DNA from: Candidatus Zambryskiibacteriota bacterium
GTDB lineage: Bacteria > Patescibacteriota > Minisyncoccia > Phycocordibacterales > WO2-35-19
DNA: 46,196 nucleotides
Assembly (NCBI GenBank): GCA_963840745.1
Contig: CAWJAC010000003.1
Span: 1 to 46,196, forward strand
Direction of reading: 5' to 3'
Shown: one piece after another, positions 19,035 to 27,541 of the stretch
Layout of the letters: every line of letters starts with the position of its first letter
How positions within the stretch are numbered: the first letter of the stretch is position 1
The notes under the pieces: generated by a model
Databases searched by the model: none
Seen by the model: only the letters and a program-made list of their open reading frames with translations
What the model was told of the DNA's origin: nothing
Position numbers and translations under genes: made by a program

Positions 19035-20063
19035 TCACAATAATTTCTCTTGCCTCTCTTTCGGAAAATCAAGACCCAAATGCTTGTAGGCGTATCTGGT
19101 GAGGACGCGGCCGCGGGGAGTGCGTTCAAGGAAACCAATTTGTAACAAATATGGCTCGTTGAATTCTTCAATAGTTGCTTCTTCTTCAGATAGGGAAGCG
19201 GCCAGGGTGTTAAGACCAACCGGTCCGCCTCTGAATTTATGAGCAATGGTCTTTAAAAGAGCCATATCAGAAGCATTGAGTCCGACGCTGTCTACACCTA
19301 AAAGATTAAATGTCTCGTTGACCACTTCTTCATCAATATCTTTTTTATTTATCTGAGCATAATCACGAGTTCTTTTTAAAAGATAATTGGCTGTCCTTGG
19401 AGTGAATCGGCTTCTTTCGGCTATGGCTTTTGCTGCAGTTTTGTCTAAAGACACACCCAAAATATTTGCCGAACGTTTAATAATGCTCATTATTTCGTCC
19501 GGACTGTAAAACTCAAGCCTGAAAATTCCTCCCGAAAATCTCGAACGCAGCGGAGAAGAAAGCATTGCCACCCTGGTCGTTGCCCCTATTAAAGTAAATG
19601 CCGGCAATTCAAGTTGAATGGTTCGCGCCGAAGGCCCTTTACCAATAATAATATCAAGTGATCTCGATTCCATAGCGGGGTAAAGTACTTCTTCAATTGT
19701 TTTATTTAATCTGTGTATTTCATCTATAAAAAGAATATCTCCAGGAGATAAGTTGGTTAGAATTGACGCCAAGTCACCGACTTTTTCAATGGCCGGACCG
19801 GAAGTGGAGCGCATTTGACTACTAGTTTGCTTGGCTATAAGATGTGCCAGTGTTGTTTTACCCAAGCCGGGTGGCCCATAAAATAGCAGGTGTTCGGGTG
19901 GAGATTCTCGTTCTTTGGCAGCGGAGAGAAGAATTTGGAGGTTTTTTTTGATGTTTTCCTGGCCAATATATTCGTCCCACTTGGAAGGCCTAAGAGTTTG
20001 GTCAATAAATTCAAAATCTTTGCTTTCCGGTTCTTTCTCGTTGTTTTTTTTATTCCTTGACAT
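19035..20063 (-). CDS. ruvB: Holliday junction branch migration helicase RuvB
   Basis: Walker A GPPGLGKTTLA, Walker B LFIDEIHRL, with sensor motifs and a winged-helix C-terminus. Confidence 0.95.
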   Translation of the reverse strand: MSRNKKNNEKEPESKDFEFIDQTLRPSKWDEYIGQENIKKNLQILLSAAKERESPPEHLLFYGPPGLGKTTLAHLIAKQTSSQMRSTSGPAIEKVGDLASILTNLSPGDILFIDEIHRLNKTIEEVLYPAMESRSLDIIIGKGPSARTIQLELPAFTLIGATTRVAMLSSPLRSRFSGGIFRLEFYSPDEIMSIIKRSANILGVSLDKTAAKAIAERSRFTPRTANYLLKRTRDYAQINKKDIDEEVVNETFNLLGVDSVGLNASDMALLKTIAHKFRGGPVGLNTLAASLSEEEATIEEFNEPYLLQIGFLERTPRGRVLTRYAYKHLGLDFPKERQEKLL

Positions 20064-20098
20064 ATTTTATGCTCTATGATATACTCTACATGAATTGG

Positions 20099-20256
20099 AG
20101 ACACAAATCTCTAAGTGGCGGCCCTAGCGATAGGGTTTTGACATTAAATCAAGGGAGTGCCGGTACCGTCTTTCGGGAGGGATCACTGGCTCTTTCCTCA
20201 GAATAATGTTTTGCTTTTGGTTTAAACATTGAAAGTGCCACTTAGAGATTTGTATC
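20099..20256 (-). ncRNA. Structured RNA candidate of unknown class; alternatively a MITE-like inverted-repeat element
   Basis: A 20-nt terminal inverted repeat, 20099-20118 against 20237-20256. Of these, 17 are contiguous Watson-Crick pairs, and the single odd position is C.A on the plus strand but G.U on the minus strand. Internal hairpins are CCCTA-GCGA-TAGGG (20122-20135) and AATGTTT-N12-AAACATT (20204-20229), plus a bulged helix spanning 20150-20198. It lies in the 264-bp non-coding gap between pilB and ruvB. Confidence 0.4.
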
Positions 20257-20327
20257 CCTAATTTATTTTAATCTAAAGTTCATTATTCACAAAACCTGCA
20301 GAGGAGCAATCAATTTTGTGCATAACT

Positions 20328-22007
20328 TTACTCTCCTAGATCAATCACTCGACGCAGTTCGTCAAAGGAGGTGACGCCTTGGAGTATTTTAATAACGCCG
20401 TCTTGTTTCATGTCTAAAATACCTTGGCCTTCGGCGGCTTTGTTTATTTCTCTCTCACTCGGATTTTCTTTGACAATATTTTCTATTTTCTCGTCGGTTA
20501 GCACCGCCTCATAAATGCCTGTTCTGCCTTTAAACCCGGTAAAATTACACTCCTTGCAGCCGACTGCCTCATACACGTTTTCAAAATCCAAACCTTTTAA
20601 ATAATTTTTATCCAAAATGCTATCTATAATTTTTTTTATCAAACTATTTTCTTTTTCTTCCAAAACCGCCTTCTTTTTGCACTTTTTACAAAGCTTTCTT
20701 ATAAGCCTTTGGGCCATAGCTATATTGATGGCTGAGGTGATAACTTTTGGATTAACTCCCAGATCGATGAGTCGGGGAAAAGTACCAGCGGCATTATTAG
20801 TGTGTAGAGTGGAAAAAACCAAATGTCCGGTCAGGGCTGAGTTAATGGCAATCTCGGCTGTTTCTTCATCGCGAATCTCACCAACCATTATAACATCTGG
20901 ATCTTGACGCAGAGCGCTTCTTAATCCTTCCAAAAATGTATAGCCCTTTTCCTCGTCTGTCTGGGTTTGCACTATACCTTTGAGGTGATATTCAATAGGA
21001 TTTTCAATGGTAATTATTTTTATTTCCGGTGTATGGATTTTCTTTAAAAAAGCGTAAAGGGTCGTGGTCTTGCCGCTACCGGTTGGACCGGTGTTTAAAA
21101 TCATGCCGTTTGGCTTTTGGAGTTCTTTGAGAATAATGCCAAGAAGTTTTTCATTTATACCGAGTTCTTCCAAAGGCACAGAAATGGCGTTTGGATTTAA
21201 GACCCTTAGAACCACTGATTCTCCATAACCGCCAGGCAGAAGCGAGGTGCGTATTTCAATCTCAACGTCTTCAATTTTTATACTAAATCGGCCATCTTGG
21301 GCCTTGCCTTTGGTATTTAATTTAAGATTAGAAATAAGTTTAATGCGAGAGAGTAAAAGTCCGTAAGTGCCGTAATCAATATTTAAAATATCATTTAAAA
21401 CTCCATCCAATCGATATCGGAGTCTAACCGAAGATTCTTCCGGTTCAATATGAATGTCTGAAGCATTTATAGAGATGGCTCCGGCCAGTATTATTTCTAA
21501 TATTCTTGAAATGCGATAACTTTTCTTTTGGGCCAAAACTGTTTCAATGGATTTTTTTATATCCGGAGCCGTTTTTACGCTTTTAACTAAGTCCTGAATT
21601 TCCTCGTTAGCAATGTTTAGCGCTCCGCCTTTTGTCTCCATTGAATATGATAAATCTTTATAACGACCCCATACTTTTTGCAGACTTTGGTGGGAGGCCA
21701 TAAAAAGCATAGGGGTATAACCCCTGTCTTTTAAACTTTCAATCAAATATATCGTCTTATCCTCATTGGGGGAGACGATCGCTAGGGATATTTTTTTATT
21801 TATTATATTAAAAGGGGCTGCTTCTGCTTCTCTCCCATCCTCTTCTTTAACAATGCGTAAGGCATCAATGTTTATTGGATTAACATCGAGGTCAATATAA
21901 GGTAGCCCATATTTTTTGGACATCACCTGAGCTAAGCTTTCCTCTTCCTGCTCGCGCAACTCCTCAACCTTTTGCCTCTGCTTGTCCTCGTCGAATTTAA
22001 TAACCAT
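20328..22007 (-). CDS. pilB: GspE/PilB-family type IV pilus / type II secretion assembly ATPase
   Basis: Walker A GPTGSGKTTT, Asp box, Walker B VIMVGEIRD, His box TGHLVFSTLHTN, and a tetracysteine CKKCKK...CKEC motif. Confidence 0.9.
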   Translation of the reverse strand: MVIKFDEDKQRQKVEELREQEEESLAQVMSKKYGLPYIDLDVNPINIDALRIVKEEDGREAEAAPFNIINKKISLAIVSPNEDKTIYLIESLKDRGYTPMLFMASHQSLQKVWGRYKDLSYSMETKGGALNIANEEIQDLVKSVKTAPDIKKSIETVLAQKKSYRISRILEIILAGAISINASDIHIEPEESSVRLRYRLDGVLNDILNIDYGTYGLLLSRIKLISNLKLNTKGKAQDGRFSIKIEDVEIEIRTSLLPGGYGESVVLRVLNPNAISVPLEELGINEKLLGIILKELQKPNGMILNTGPTGSGKTTTLYAFLKKIHTPEIKIITIENPIEYHLKGIVQTQTDEEKGYTFLEGLRSALRQDPDVIMVGEIRDEETAEIAINSALTGHLVFSTLHTNNAAGTFPRLIDLGVNPKVITSAINIAMAQRLIRKLCKKCKKKAVLEEKENSLIKKIIDSILDKNYLKGLDFENVYEAVGCKECNFTGFKGRTGIYEAVLTDEKIENIVKENPSEREINKAAEGQGILDMKQDGVIKILQGVTSFDELRRVIDLGE

Positions 22008-22048
22008 AAATAAATTATATCATACAAAAATAAATTATTTCGGTGAGG

Positions 22049-22077
22049 TTGACAATTATACCCAATGGGTGTATAAT
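22049..22077 (+). promoter_or_regulatory. Consensus sigma70 promoter of the GC-rich lipoprotein cassette
   Basis: TTGACA (22049-22054), a 17-nt spacer, then TATAAT (22072-22077). The SD AGGAGA (22085-22090) lies 8 nt before the ATG at 22099. Confidence 0.55.
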
Positions 22078-22098
22078 ACAAAACAGGAGAGTGGTTCT

Positions 22099-22566
22099 AT
22101 GAAAAATAACGGTTTTTTGACTCTTTTGGCCATCTCACTCGTCTTTTTGGCGAGCGGCTGCGCAGTTAGAGGTGGCGGCGGTTGGAGCAGGTTGGCTTCA
22201 ATCGCTACTCCGCCAATTCTGACAGTGGTGTTAAGTAACAACACCAACATTCCGGTTGAGGTTTATGAAAACGGCCAGCCGGTGATGTTCAAGTTGGCCG
22301 ATGGAACCTTCCACAACGCCATGATTCCTTCGGGTGGCACAGTGTCGCGCGGGTACTACAACTTCCTGGGACGGCGAGACATAGTCATCACTGTTCGCGG
22401 AGTTTGCCCGCCGACACCAGCGGAGACCGACAAAAAAGCCGCCGGTTGTACGCCGGGCCAGTATGCTGGCACCGACTCGCGAAGGTTTATGATCTACACG
22501 GACGGCCAATTTCATACAGAGGATTGGCAAATCGATTATCTTCGTGGGCCCAGGGGGGTTTACTAA
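22099..22566 (+). CDS. Lipoprotein of unknown function, compositionally foreign (GC-rich)
   Basis: MKNNGFLTLLAISLVFLASGC is a signal peptide with a lipobox (LASGC). Hand counts of 60-nt lines 22381-22440 and 22441-22500 give 34/60 and 36/60 G+C, against 18/60 for line 22621-22680 just outside. The tracked start at 21982 overlaps pilB and is rejected. Confidence 0.7.
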   Translation: MKNNGFLTLLAISLVFLASGCAVRGGGGWSRLASIATPPILTVVLSNNTNIPVEVYENGQPVMFKLADGTFHNAMIPSGGTVSRGYYNFLGRRDIVITVRGVCPPTPAETDKKAAGCTPGQYAGTDSRRFMIYTDGQFHTEDWQIDYLRGPRGVY

Positions 22567-22596
22567 GAAGGGAGAAGAATTCTCCCTTCTTTTTTT
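22567..22596 (+). terminator. Rho-independent terminator
   Basis: GAAGGGAGAA (22567-22576), loop GAA, TTCTCCCTTC (22580-22589), then T7 (22590-22596), immediately after the lipoprotein stop. Confidence 0.75.
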
Positions 22597-22612
22597 ATGC
22601 TAAAATCCTTTT

Positions 22613-23050
22613 ATGGAATTTTTATCTAAAAATGTTGAACAAACAGCCAAAATTGCCGTTGATTTTGCAGAGCAATTAAACAGAAGGGCACCTTCTGCAA
22701 CTGCGGTGGTTGTTGGATTATATGGAGAGTTGGGAAGCGGCAAAACTACTTTTATGAAATATTTGGCTGAAAGTTTTGGTATTAAAGAGACAATACAAAG
22801 CCCCACTTTTGTTATTGAAAAAATATACGAGCTCGAAAATAAATTTTTTCAGCATTTGATACATATTGACGCATATAGAATAGAAAAAGAAGAAGAGATG
22901 ATAAATTTGGGCTGGCAGGAAATCATTTCTGACCCAAAAAATTTAATTTGTATAGAATGGGCCGACAGAATCGTCGGCATCATACCGAGCCATATTATGG
23001 TAAAATTCGAACATGTCGGAGAAAACGAAAGAAAAATTAATATTGCTTGA
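22613..23050 (+). CDS. tsaE: tRNA t6A37 biosynthesis ATPase TsaE
   Basis: P-loop GELGSGKTTF with the YjeE-family layout, about 145 aa. Confidence 0.85.
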   Translation: MEFLSKNVEQTAKIAVDFAEQLNRRAPSATAVVVGLYGELGSGKTTFMKYLAESFGIKETIQSPTFVIEKIYELENKFFQHLIHIDAYRIEKEEEMINLGWQEIISDPKNLICIEWADRIVGIIPSHIMVKFEHVGENERKINIA

Positions 23051-25400
23051 TGCACACGCCATTATACATCGGGCTTATCACGCTTTGCCTGATTTTGCCA
23101 CAAGCAAAGGCGAGCCGACAGGGGCGCTTTATGGTTTGGTGGCAATGATTTTAAAAATAATTTCCGATCTCAAACCCGATTATATTGTGGCCTGTTACGA
23201 TTTGCCCAAACCAACTTACAGGCACCAAGTTTATGAAGGATACAAGGCAGGAAGAGCAAAAACTGACGATGAGTTGGCTCTTCAGCTTGAAAAATCAAAA
23301 CAAATTTGCGAAGTCTTAAACATTCCCATTTATTCTAAAGAAGGTTTTGAAGCTGATGATATGCTCGGTACCATAGTTGAAAAAATGAAAGGTAATGATG
23401 TTGATATTGTTATTGCTTCTGGTGACATGGATACTCTTCAGCTCGTGGATGATAACTATGTGAAAGTCTACACTTTAAAAAAGGGCATCAAAGACACTAT
23501 TTTGTACGATGAAAAAGCAGTTAAAGAAAGATATGGTTTTGAACCGGCTCTCCTGGTAGATTTCAAAGGTCTGCGCGGCGATCCTTCAGATAATATTATT
23601 GGAATTAGCGGCGTAGGAGAAAAAAGCGCAACTGATTTAATAAAAGAATTTGGCAGTATTGAGAATATTTATAAAGTTTTAAAAAAGGATCCTAAAAAAC
23701 TTGAGGAGAAAGGCATTAGAAAAGGAATTATAGAATTACTTAAAAATGGGGAAGAGGAGGCTAAGTTCTCCAAAATGCTCGCTACCATTCGCCGGGACGC
23801 GCCAATAGATTTTGTTTTGCCGGATAAAAAATGGAAAGACGGTTTGGATATTAAAAAAGCAGAGACGCTTTTCGGAGAATTGGAGTTTAGGAATATGGGG
23901 GAAAGATTGAAAAAAGTTTTAACTGGTCAGCAGGAAAGATTCTCTTCCGAAAAGTCCTCGGGTCTCCTCGCTAAAGCTCGGCCAGACTTTTCTCCAGAGA
24001 ACTTTCCTGCTGACCCCGAAGAGACTTTAGTAGCTCTCTGGGTAGTTGATTCTAATATAACCAATCCGAAACCGGAAGATCTTTTTAATTTCGCCGGCAC
24101 CCAAAATTTTGAAGAAGCCAAAAAAATCGTTTTTGATGAGCTTAAAAAAAGAGACAGTCTCTCTGTCTTTGAAAAAATAGAAAAGCCCCTCATTCCTATT
24201 TTGGAAGAAACCAAAAGATATGGAATTTCTGTGGACAAAAAGTTTTTGGAAAATTTAGGGGAAGAATATTCAAAAGAGCTCAAAAAAATTGAAACTAAAA
24301 TCTGGCAAGTTGCCGGAGTGGAATTCAATGTCTCTTCTCCCAAACAGTTGGGGGAAATTTTGTTTGGCAAATTGAACCTCTCTGTAAAAAATCAAAAAAA
24401 GACCGCGGGTGGCGCCAAGTCCACCAAAGAGTCCGAGCTCGATAAATTGCGTGATTTGCATCCTATCGTGCCGCTGGTTTTGGAATACCGAGAACTACGA
24501 AAACTTATTTCAACCTATATAGAGCCTATACCAAAAGCTCTTGATGGTTTTTCCCGTTTACATTCGAGGTTTGTTCAAGCTGGCGCAGCTACTGGTCGAA
24601 TGTCTTCAGAGAGTCCCAATCTCCAAAATATTCCCATTGGCAGTGAGCGAGGCAGGGTTATAAGAAAGGCCTTTTTTGCGCCAAAAGGCAGCAAGTTTGT
24701 AGCGTTTGATTATTCCCAAATAGAATTGCGAATAGCGGCTTTTTTGTCGAGAGACCAAAAACTGGTTGAGATTTTTAAAGACGGGAAAGATATTCACTCT
24801 GCCGTGGCTTCGGAAGTTTTTAAAGTTTCAGAAAATGAAGTAAGCAGGGAAATGAGGAGACAGGCCAAGGTCATTAATTTTGGCATTCTCTATGGTATGG
24901 GGGTGAACGCTTTGCAGGTAAACCTTGGGACAGATCGCAAAACCGCGCAACAATTTTTGAATTCTTATTTTGAAAATTTTTCTGGCTTGGCGAAATATCT
25001 AGACAATGCCAAACTGGAAGCGGCAAAAAACAGCTATACCAAAACTTTCTTCGGTAGGAGGAGATATTTTGAGGGTATAAAATCCAAACTTCCTTTTATA
25101 AAAGCGGCAGCAGAAAGAATGGCGATTAATGCTCCGATCCAAGGCACTTCAGCTGATATCATAAAAATTGCCATGAAAGACATAAACACTTTTATAAAAA
25201 AAGAAAATCTGGCGGATTCGACGCATCTCGTAATGCAAATTCATGATGAGCTTGTATATGAAGTCAAAGACGAGGTTTTGGATAGATTTGTTCCGCAGGC
25301 CAAAAAAATAATGGAAAGCGTGATTACTTTGCAACAAAGCCTAGGAGTACCGATTGTTGTAAACACTGCTATAGGCCAAAATTGGGGAGAGATGAAATAA
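23013..25400 (+). CDS. polA: DNA polymerase I (5'-nuclease plus polymerase; 3'-5' exonuclease region strongly reduced)
   Basis: An N-terminal FEN/5'-3' exonuclease domain (LLDAHAIIHRAYHA, GDPSDNIIGISGVGEKSA). Polymerase motifs A (DYSQIELR), B (RRQAKVINFGILYG) and C (QIHDELV). Only about 100 aa separate the two modules. Confidence 0.95.
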   Translation: MSEKTKEKLILLDAHAIIHRAYHALPDFATSKGEPTGALYGLVAMILKIISDLKPDYIVACYDLPKPTYRHQVYEGYKAGRAKTDDELALQLEKSKQICEVLNIPIYSKEGFEADDMLGTIVEKMKGNDVDIVIASGDMDTLQLVDDNYVKVYTLKKGIKDTILYDEKAVKERYGFEPALLVDFKGLRGDPSDNIIGISGVGEKSATDLIKEFGSIENIYKVLKKDPKKLEEKGIRKGIIELLKNGEEEAKFSKMLATIRRDAPIDFVLPDKKWKDGLDIKKAETLFGELEFRNMGERLKKVLTGQQERFSSEKSSGLLAKARPDFSPENFPADPEETLVALWVVDSNITNPKPEDLFNFAGTQNFEEAKKIVFDELKKRDSLSVFEKIEKPLIPILEETKRYGISVDKKFLENLGEEYSKELKKIETKIWQVAGVEFNVSSPKQLGEILFGKLNLSVKNQKKTAGGAKSTKESELDKLRDLHPIVPLVLEYRELRKLISTYIEPIPKALDGFSRLHSRFVQAGAATGRMSSESPNLQNIPIGSERGRVIRKAFFAPKGSKFVAFDYSQIELRIAAFLSRDQKLVEIFKDGKDIHSAVASEVFKVSENEVSREMRRQAKVINFGILYGMGVNALQVNLGTDRKTAQQFLNSYFENFSGLAKYLDNAKLEAAKNSYTKTFFGRRRYFEGIKSKLPFIKAAAERMAINAPIQGTSADIIKIAMKDINTFIKKENLADSTHLVMQIHDELVYEVKDEVLDRFVPQAKKIMESVITLQQSLGVPIVVNTAIGQNWGEMK

Positions 25401-25404
25401 TTTT

Positions 25405-25836
25405 ATGGACCAAATAAATTTATTTAAAGAATATAAAGGTGTTTTTGAGGAAGAAGAGAGCTCTTTTCCTAAAGAAAAAAAAGAGAAAATTTTCGGCTAT
25501 AGCCCATTTGCTCTGCAAGATGCAGTGGGGGAGAAAAGCGCCAAAAAAGCTTGGATTGAATATGAAAAACTTAAACTTTCAGGCGTTGAAGCGGAAGAAC
25601 TCATACACAAAATTGTGAGCAAAGTAAGAGACATGACTGCTGTAACAATGGGGGCGAACCAAGAAGATCTCGGACTGAAAAATTACCCATACAACAAATC
25701 AAAAAGAGATGCCAAAAATTGGAAAAGGGAAGACCTTAAATATTTTTACACAAAGCTCGTGGAGATATATCACCGTTCCAGGATGGGTGGCGAAGAATTG
25801 AATGTAAGCTTGGAGAAAGCTCTTCTTAGTATCTAA
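25405..25836 (+). CDS. Hypothetical protein; weak resemblance to the C-terminal part of DNA polymerase III delta (HolA)
   Basis: A 143-aa ORF starting 4 nt after polA. It is helical, and the pattern W.REDLKYFYTKLVEIYHRSRMGG recalls the HolA C-terminal domain. The functional call is tentative. Confidence 0.45.
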   Translation: MDQINLFKEYKGVFEEEESSFPKEKKEKIFGYSPFALQDAVGEKSAKKAWIEYEKLKLSGVEAEELIHKIVSKVRDMTAVTMGANQEDLGLKNYPYNKSKRDAKNWKREDLKYFYTKLVEIYHRSRMGGEELNVSLEKALLSI

Positions 25837-26173
25837 ATTTTGCTGTGATCCAGTTGATATTTATATTTTTCTGAGTCAATTTGGATCCGGCAATAATAAC
25901 TCTAATTAGAAAACCGGCAATCAATGCTTGTATAGCCCAACTGGTGTTTCGGACAGCTACCACCAAAAAATCAAAAGCAGATATCAAGTTATTTTTAGGC
26001 AGATTGTTGAATACGTTGCTTATGGATATTTCATGAACAGACACCAAAATAAGGGAGGTGATGATAAATAACGCAACCATAAAATAATCAGGATACTCCA
26101 TAAAAATACTCTTTAAGTATGCCATATAGATACGGGCCATCACTCGTCTTTTTAAATCCAAAATATTATTCAT
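25826..26173 (-). CDS. Small membrane protein; putative anti-sigma partner
   Basis: Its start overlaps the sigma-factor stop by 4 nt (26170-26173). It has two hydrophobic helices. The functional call rests on gene context only. Confidence 0.45.
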   Translation of the reverse strand: MNNILDLKRRVMARIYMAYLKSIFMEYPDYFMVALFIITSLILVSVHEISISNVFNNLPKNNLISAFDFLVVAVRNTSWAIQALIAGFLIRVIIAGSKLTQKNININWITAKFRY

Positions 26174-26712
26174 AGTAGTTTATAGTTTTTGTTTAATTGT
26201 TTATATTCTTGCATAAATATTTTTTTGGATCTGTAAGCTCTGACTCTAGCGGTACTGTTCTTAATATTCAATATTTTGGCGATTTCCTTGAATGATTTGC
26301 CCAAAACGTATCTTAAATTTATTATTTCGGCCGTGGCACCACCTATTTTATTTAAAATAGATTGCACATAGCTTTTGTTTTCGAAAACTTCCTCCTGACT
26401 CAAATCTGGAGAAGTATCTTCTATTTCCTCGGTTAAAGTTACGGTCGCATTTTTATATTTGTTTATCCGGTCGGCCATACAATTTCTTAATATAGTATTG
26501 GTCCAAGGGGTAAACTTACCCCCATTTGATGGGAAATTTTTACCATATTTATAAATTCTCACAAATGTTTCTTGCACCACGTCCTCCGCATCCGCTTCTG
26601 ACCGCAGTGTCCGCCGGGCAACCTTCATAAATCGCTTTTGATGTCTATCGAAAAGCTCTTCAAAGCGGGAAGGCTTACTATAAGAAAGTTTTAATATTTC
26701 TTCATCACTCAT
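26170..26712 (-). CDS. Sigma-70 family (ECF-like) RNA polymerase sigma factor
   Basis: Region 2 (DAEDVVQETFVRIYK) and region 4 HTH (SFKEIAKILNIKNSTARVRAYRSKK). Confidence 0.85.
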   Translation of the reverse strand: MSDEEILKLSYSKPSRFEELFDRHQKRFMKVARRTLRSEADAEDVVQETFVRIYKYGKNFPSNGGKFTPWTNTILRNCMADRINKYKNATVTLTEEIEDTSPDLSQEEVFENKSYVQSILNKIGGATAEIINLRYVLGKSFKEIAKILNIKNSTARVRAYRSKKIFMQEYKQLNKNYKLL

Positions 26713-26960
26713 AAATATTATTAATTCACCACACTATAACAATCTACTGTATTGCTAGCTATGCACTATGACCACCAGTCCAATCGAAATGTTACATAGT
26801 AACTTCAAATGGCAGTTATTGGTCATATGGGGTGTATTACGATAATAATCTCATAATAATCTAAAATTATGCAAAACTCAAAAATTTCTTTTAAAAACAC
26901 ACGCCTTTCTCGAGCCCCGCCCGGCGGGGCGGTACAAATAAAACAACATATAACTCAACA

Positions 26961-27004
26961 GAAAACTCCGCGCTATTTAATAATACGAAACGCGCGGAGT
27001 TTTC
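26961..27004 (-). terminator. Hairpin downstream of tRNA-Lys (terminator-like, potentially bidirectional)
   Basis: A 13-bp perfect stem, GAAAACTCCGCGC (26961-26973) against GCGCGGAGTTTTC (26992-27004), with an 18-nt loop. The A/T runs form part of the stem ends. Confidence 0.5.
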
Positions 27005-27019
27005 TTGCATTTTATTAAT

Positions 27020-27094
27020 GTCCGCCCAGCAGGAATCGAACCTGCGACCATTTGCTTAAAAGGCAACTGCTCTACCGACTGAGCTATGGGCGGA
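27020..27094 (-). tRNA. tRNA-Lys (anticodon UUU)
   Basis: The reverse complement folds as TCCGCCC/AT/AGCT-CAGTCGGTA-GAGC/A/GTTGC-CTTTTAA-GCAAA/TGGTC/GCAGG-TTCGATT-CCTGC/GGGCGGA. No CCA is encoded. Confidence 0.9.
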
Positions 27095-27118
27095 TAAAGA
27101 AAAATATAACACAAAATT

Positions 27119-27523
27119 TTATAGTGGCAAATCAAAAGCAAAAGCGCCGGCGCCGGAAAAGAGGAGAGAAAGAACAATGGCGAGAAGCATAACGTAAAAA
27201 ACAATATTTCTTTTAAGAACTTCCGGTTCTTTATATTCAATATAAGCCTCAGCGAAAGTTAGAAGTCCTAAAATGAGAGCGGCAATTTGAGTATAATATC
27301 CTAAGATAAGCATTATTCCCCCAACGATTTCAATGCCTCCAAGTATTTTGATTGCCATTTTAGGGTTTGGTATTTTTAAGGTGGAAAAAGAAGCCAGCCA
27401 TCTTTCTTTTTCATTTTTAAAAGCCAAAACGCCCAAATCTATAAATATAAGACCGGCAACAACGCGTAATATAAGAGGCGAGAGGAGCGAATATGTGAGC
27501 AAGTCTGGAAATGGATTTAACAT
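27119..27523 (-). CDS. DoxX-family membrane protein
   Basis: A four-helix 134-aa protein with the DoxX-like pattern LRVVAGLIFIDLG...GGIEIVGGIMLILGYYTQIAALIL. Confidence 0.8.
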   Translation of the reverse strand: MLNPFPDLLTYSLLSPLILRVVAGLIFIDLGVLAFKNEKERWLASFSTLKIPNPKMAIKILGGIEIVGGIMLILGYYTQIAALILGLLTFAEAYIEYKEPEVLKRNIVFYVMLLAIVLSLLFSGAGAFAFDLPL

Positions 27524-27541
27524 AGCTGTATTATAGCAATT

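Noticed and set aside
20099-20256. Possible miniature RNase P RNA. The minus strand shows a P1-like terminal stem, a P3-like hairpin, and then UGAGGAAAGAGCC, which resembles the universally conserved GAGGAAAGUCC (CR-I / P4 5' strand).
   Set aside because: The element is only about 158 nt, whereas bacterial RNase P RNA is about 270-400 nt. There is no downstream GGCUCUU-type strand positioned before the 3' terminal stem to form a long-range P4. The GAGGAAAG segment instead pairs locally. No CR-IV/CR-V-like ACAGAA..GGCUUA is present. It is kept as an unknown structured element.
22231-22530. Tracked 99-aa minus-strand ORF, and the 22404..22679 plus-strand ORF, inside the lipoprotein cassette.
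   Set aside because: These are shadow ORFs that stay open only because the region is GC-rich. The lipoprotein frame has the promoter, SD, signal peptide and terminator.
23927-24370. Long antisense or alternative-frame ORFs inside polA, the Mur ligase (30021..30930), the 658-aa protein (42172..42642), dnaN (13092..13442) and glyQS (43966..44381).
   Set aside because: Each lies fully within a well-supported gene and has a Ser/Leu/Phe-rich translation without motifs. They are typical mirror-frame artefacts.
26977-27240. Tracked 87-aa ORF on the minus strand.
   Set aside because: It overlaps the tRNA-Lys gene (27020-27094) and the 3' end of the DoxX gene. The translation is low-complexity and hydrophobic, and there is no independent support.
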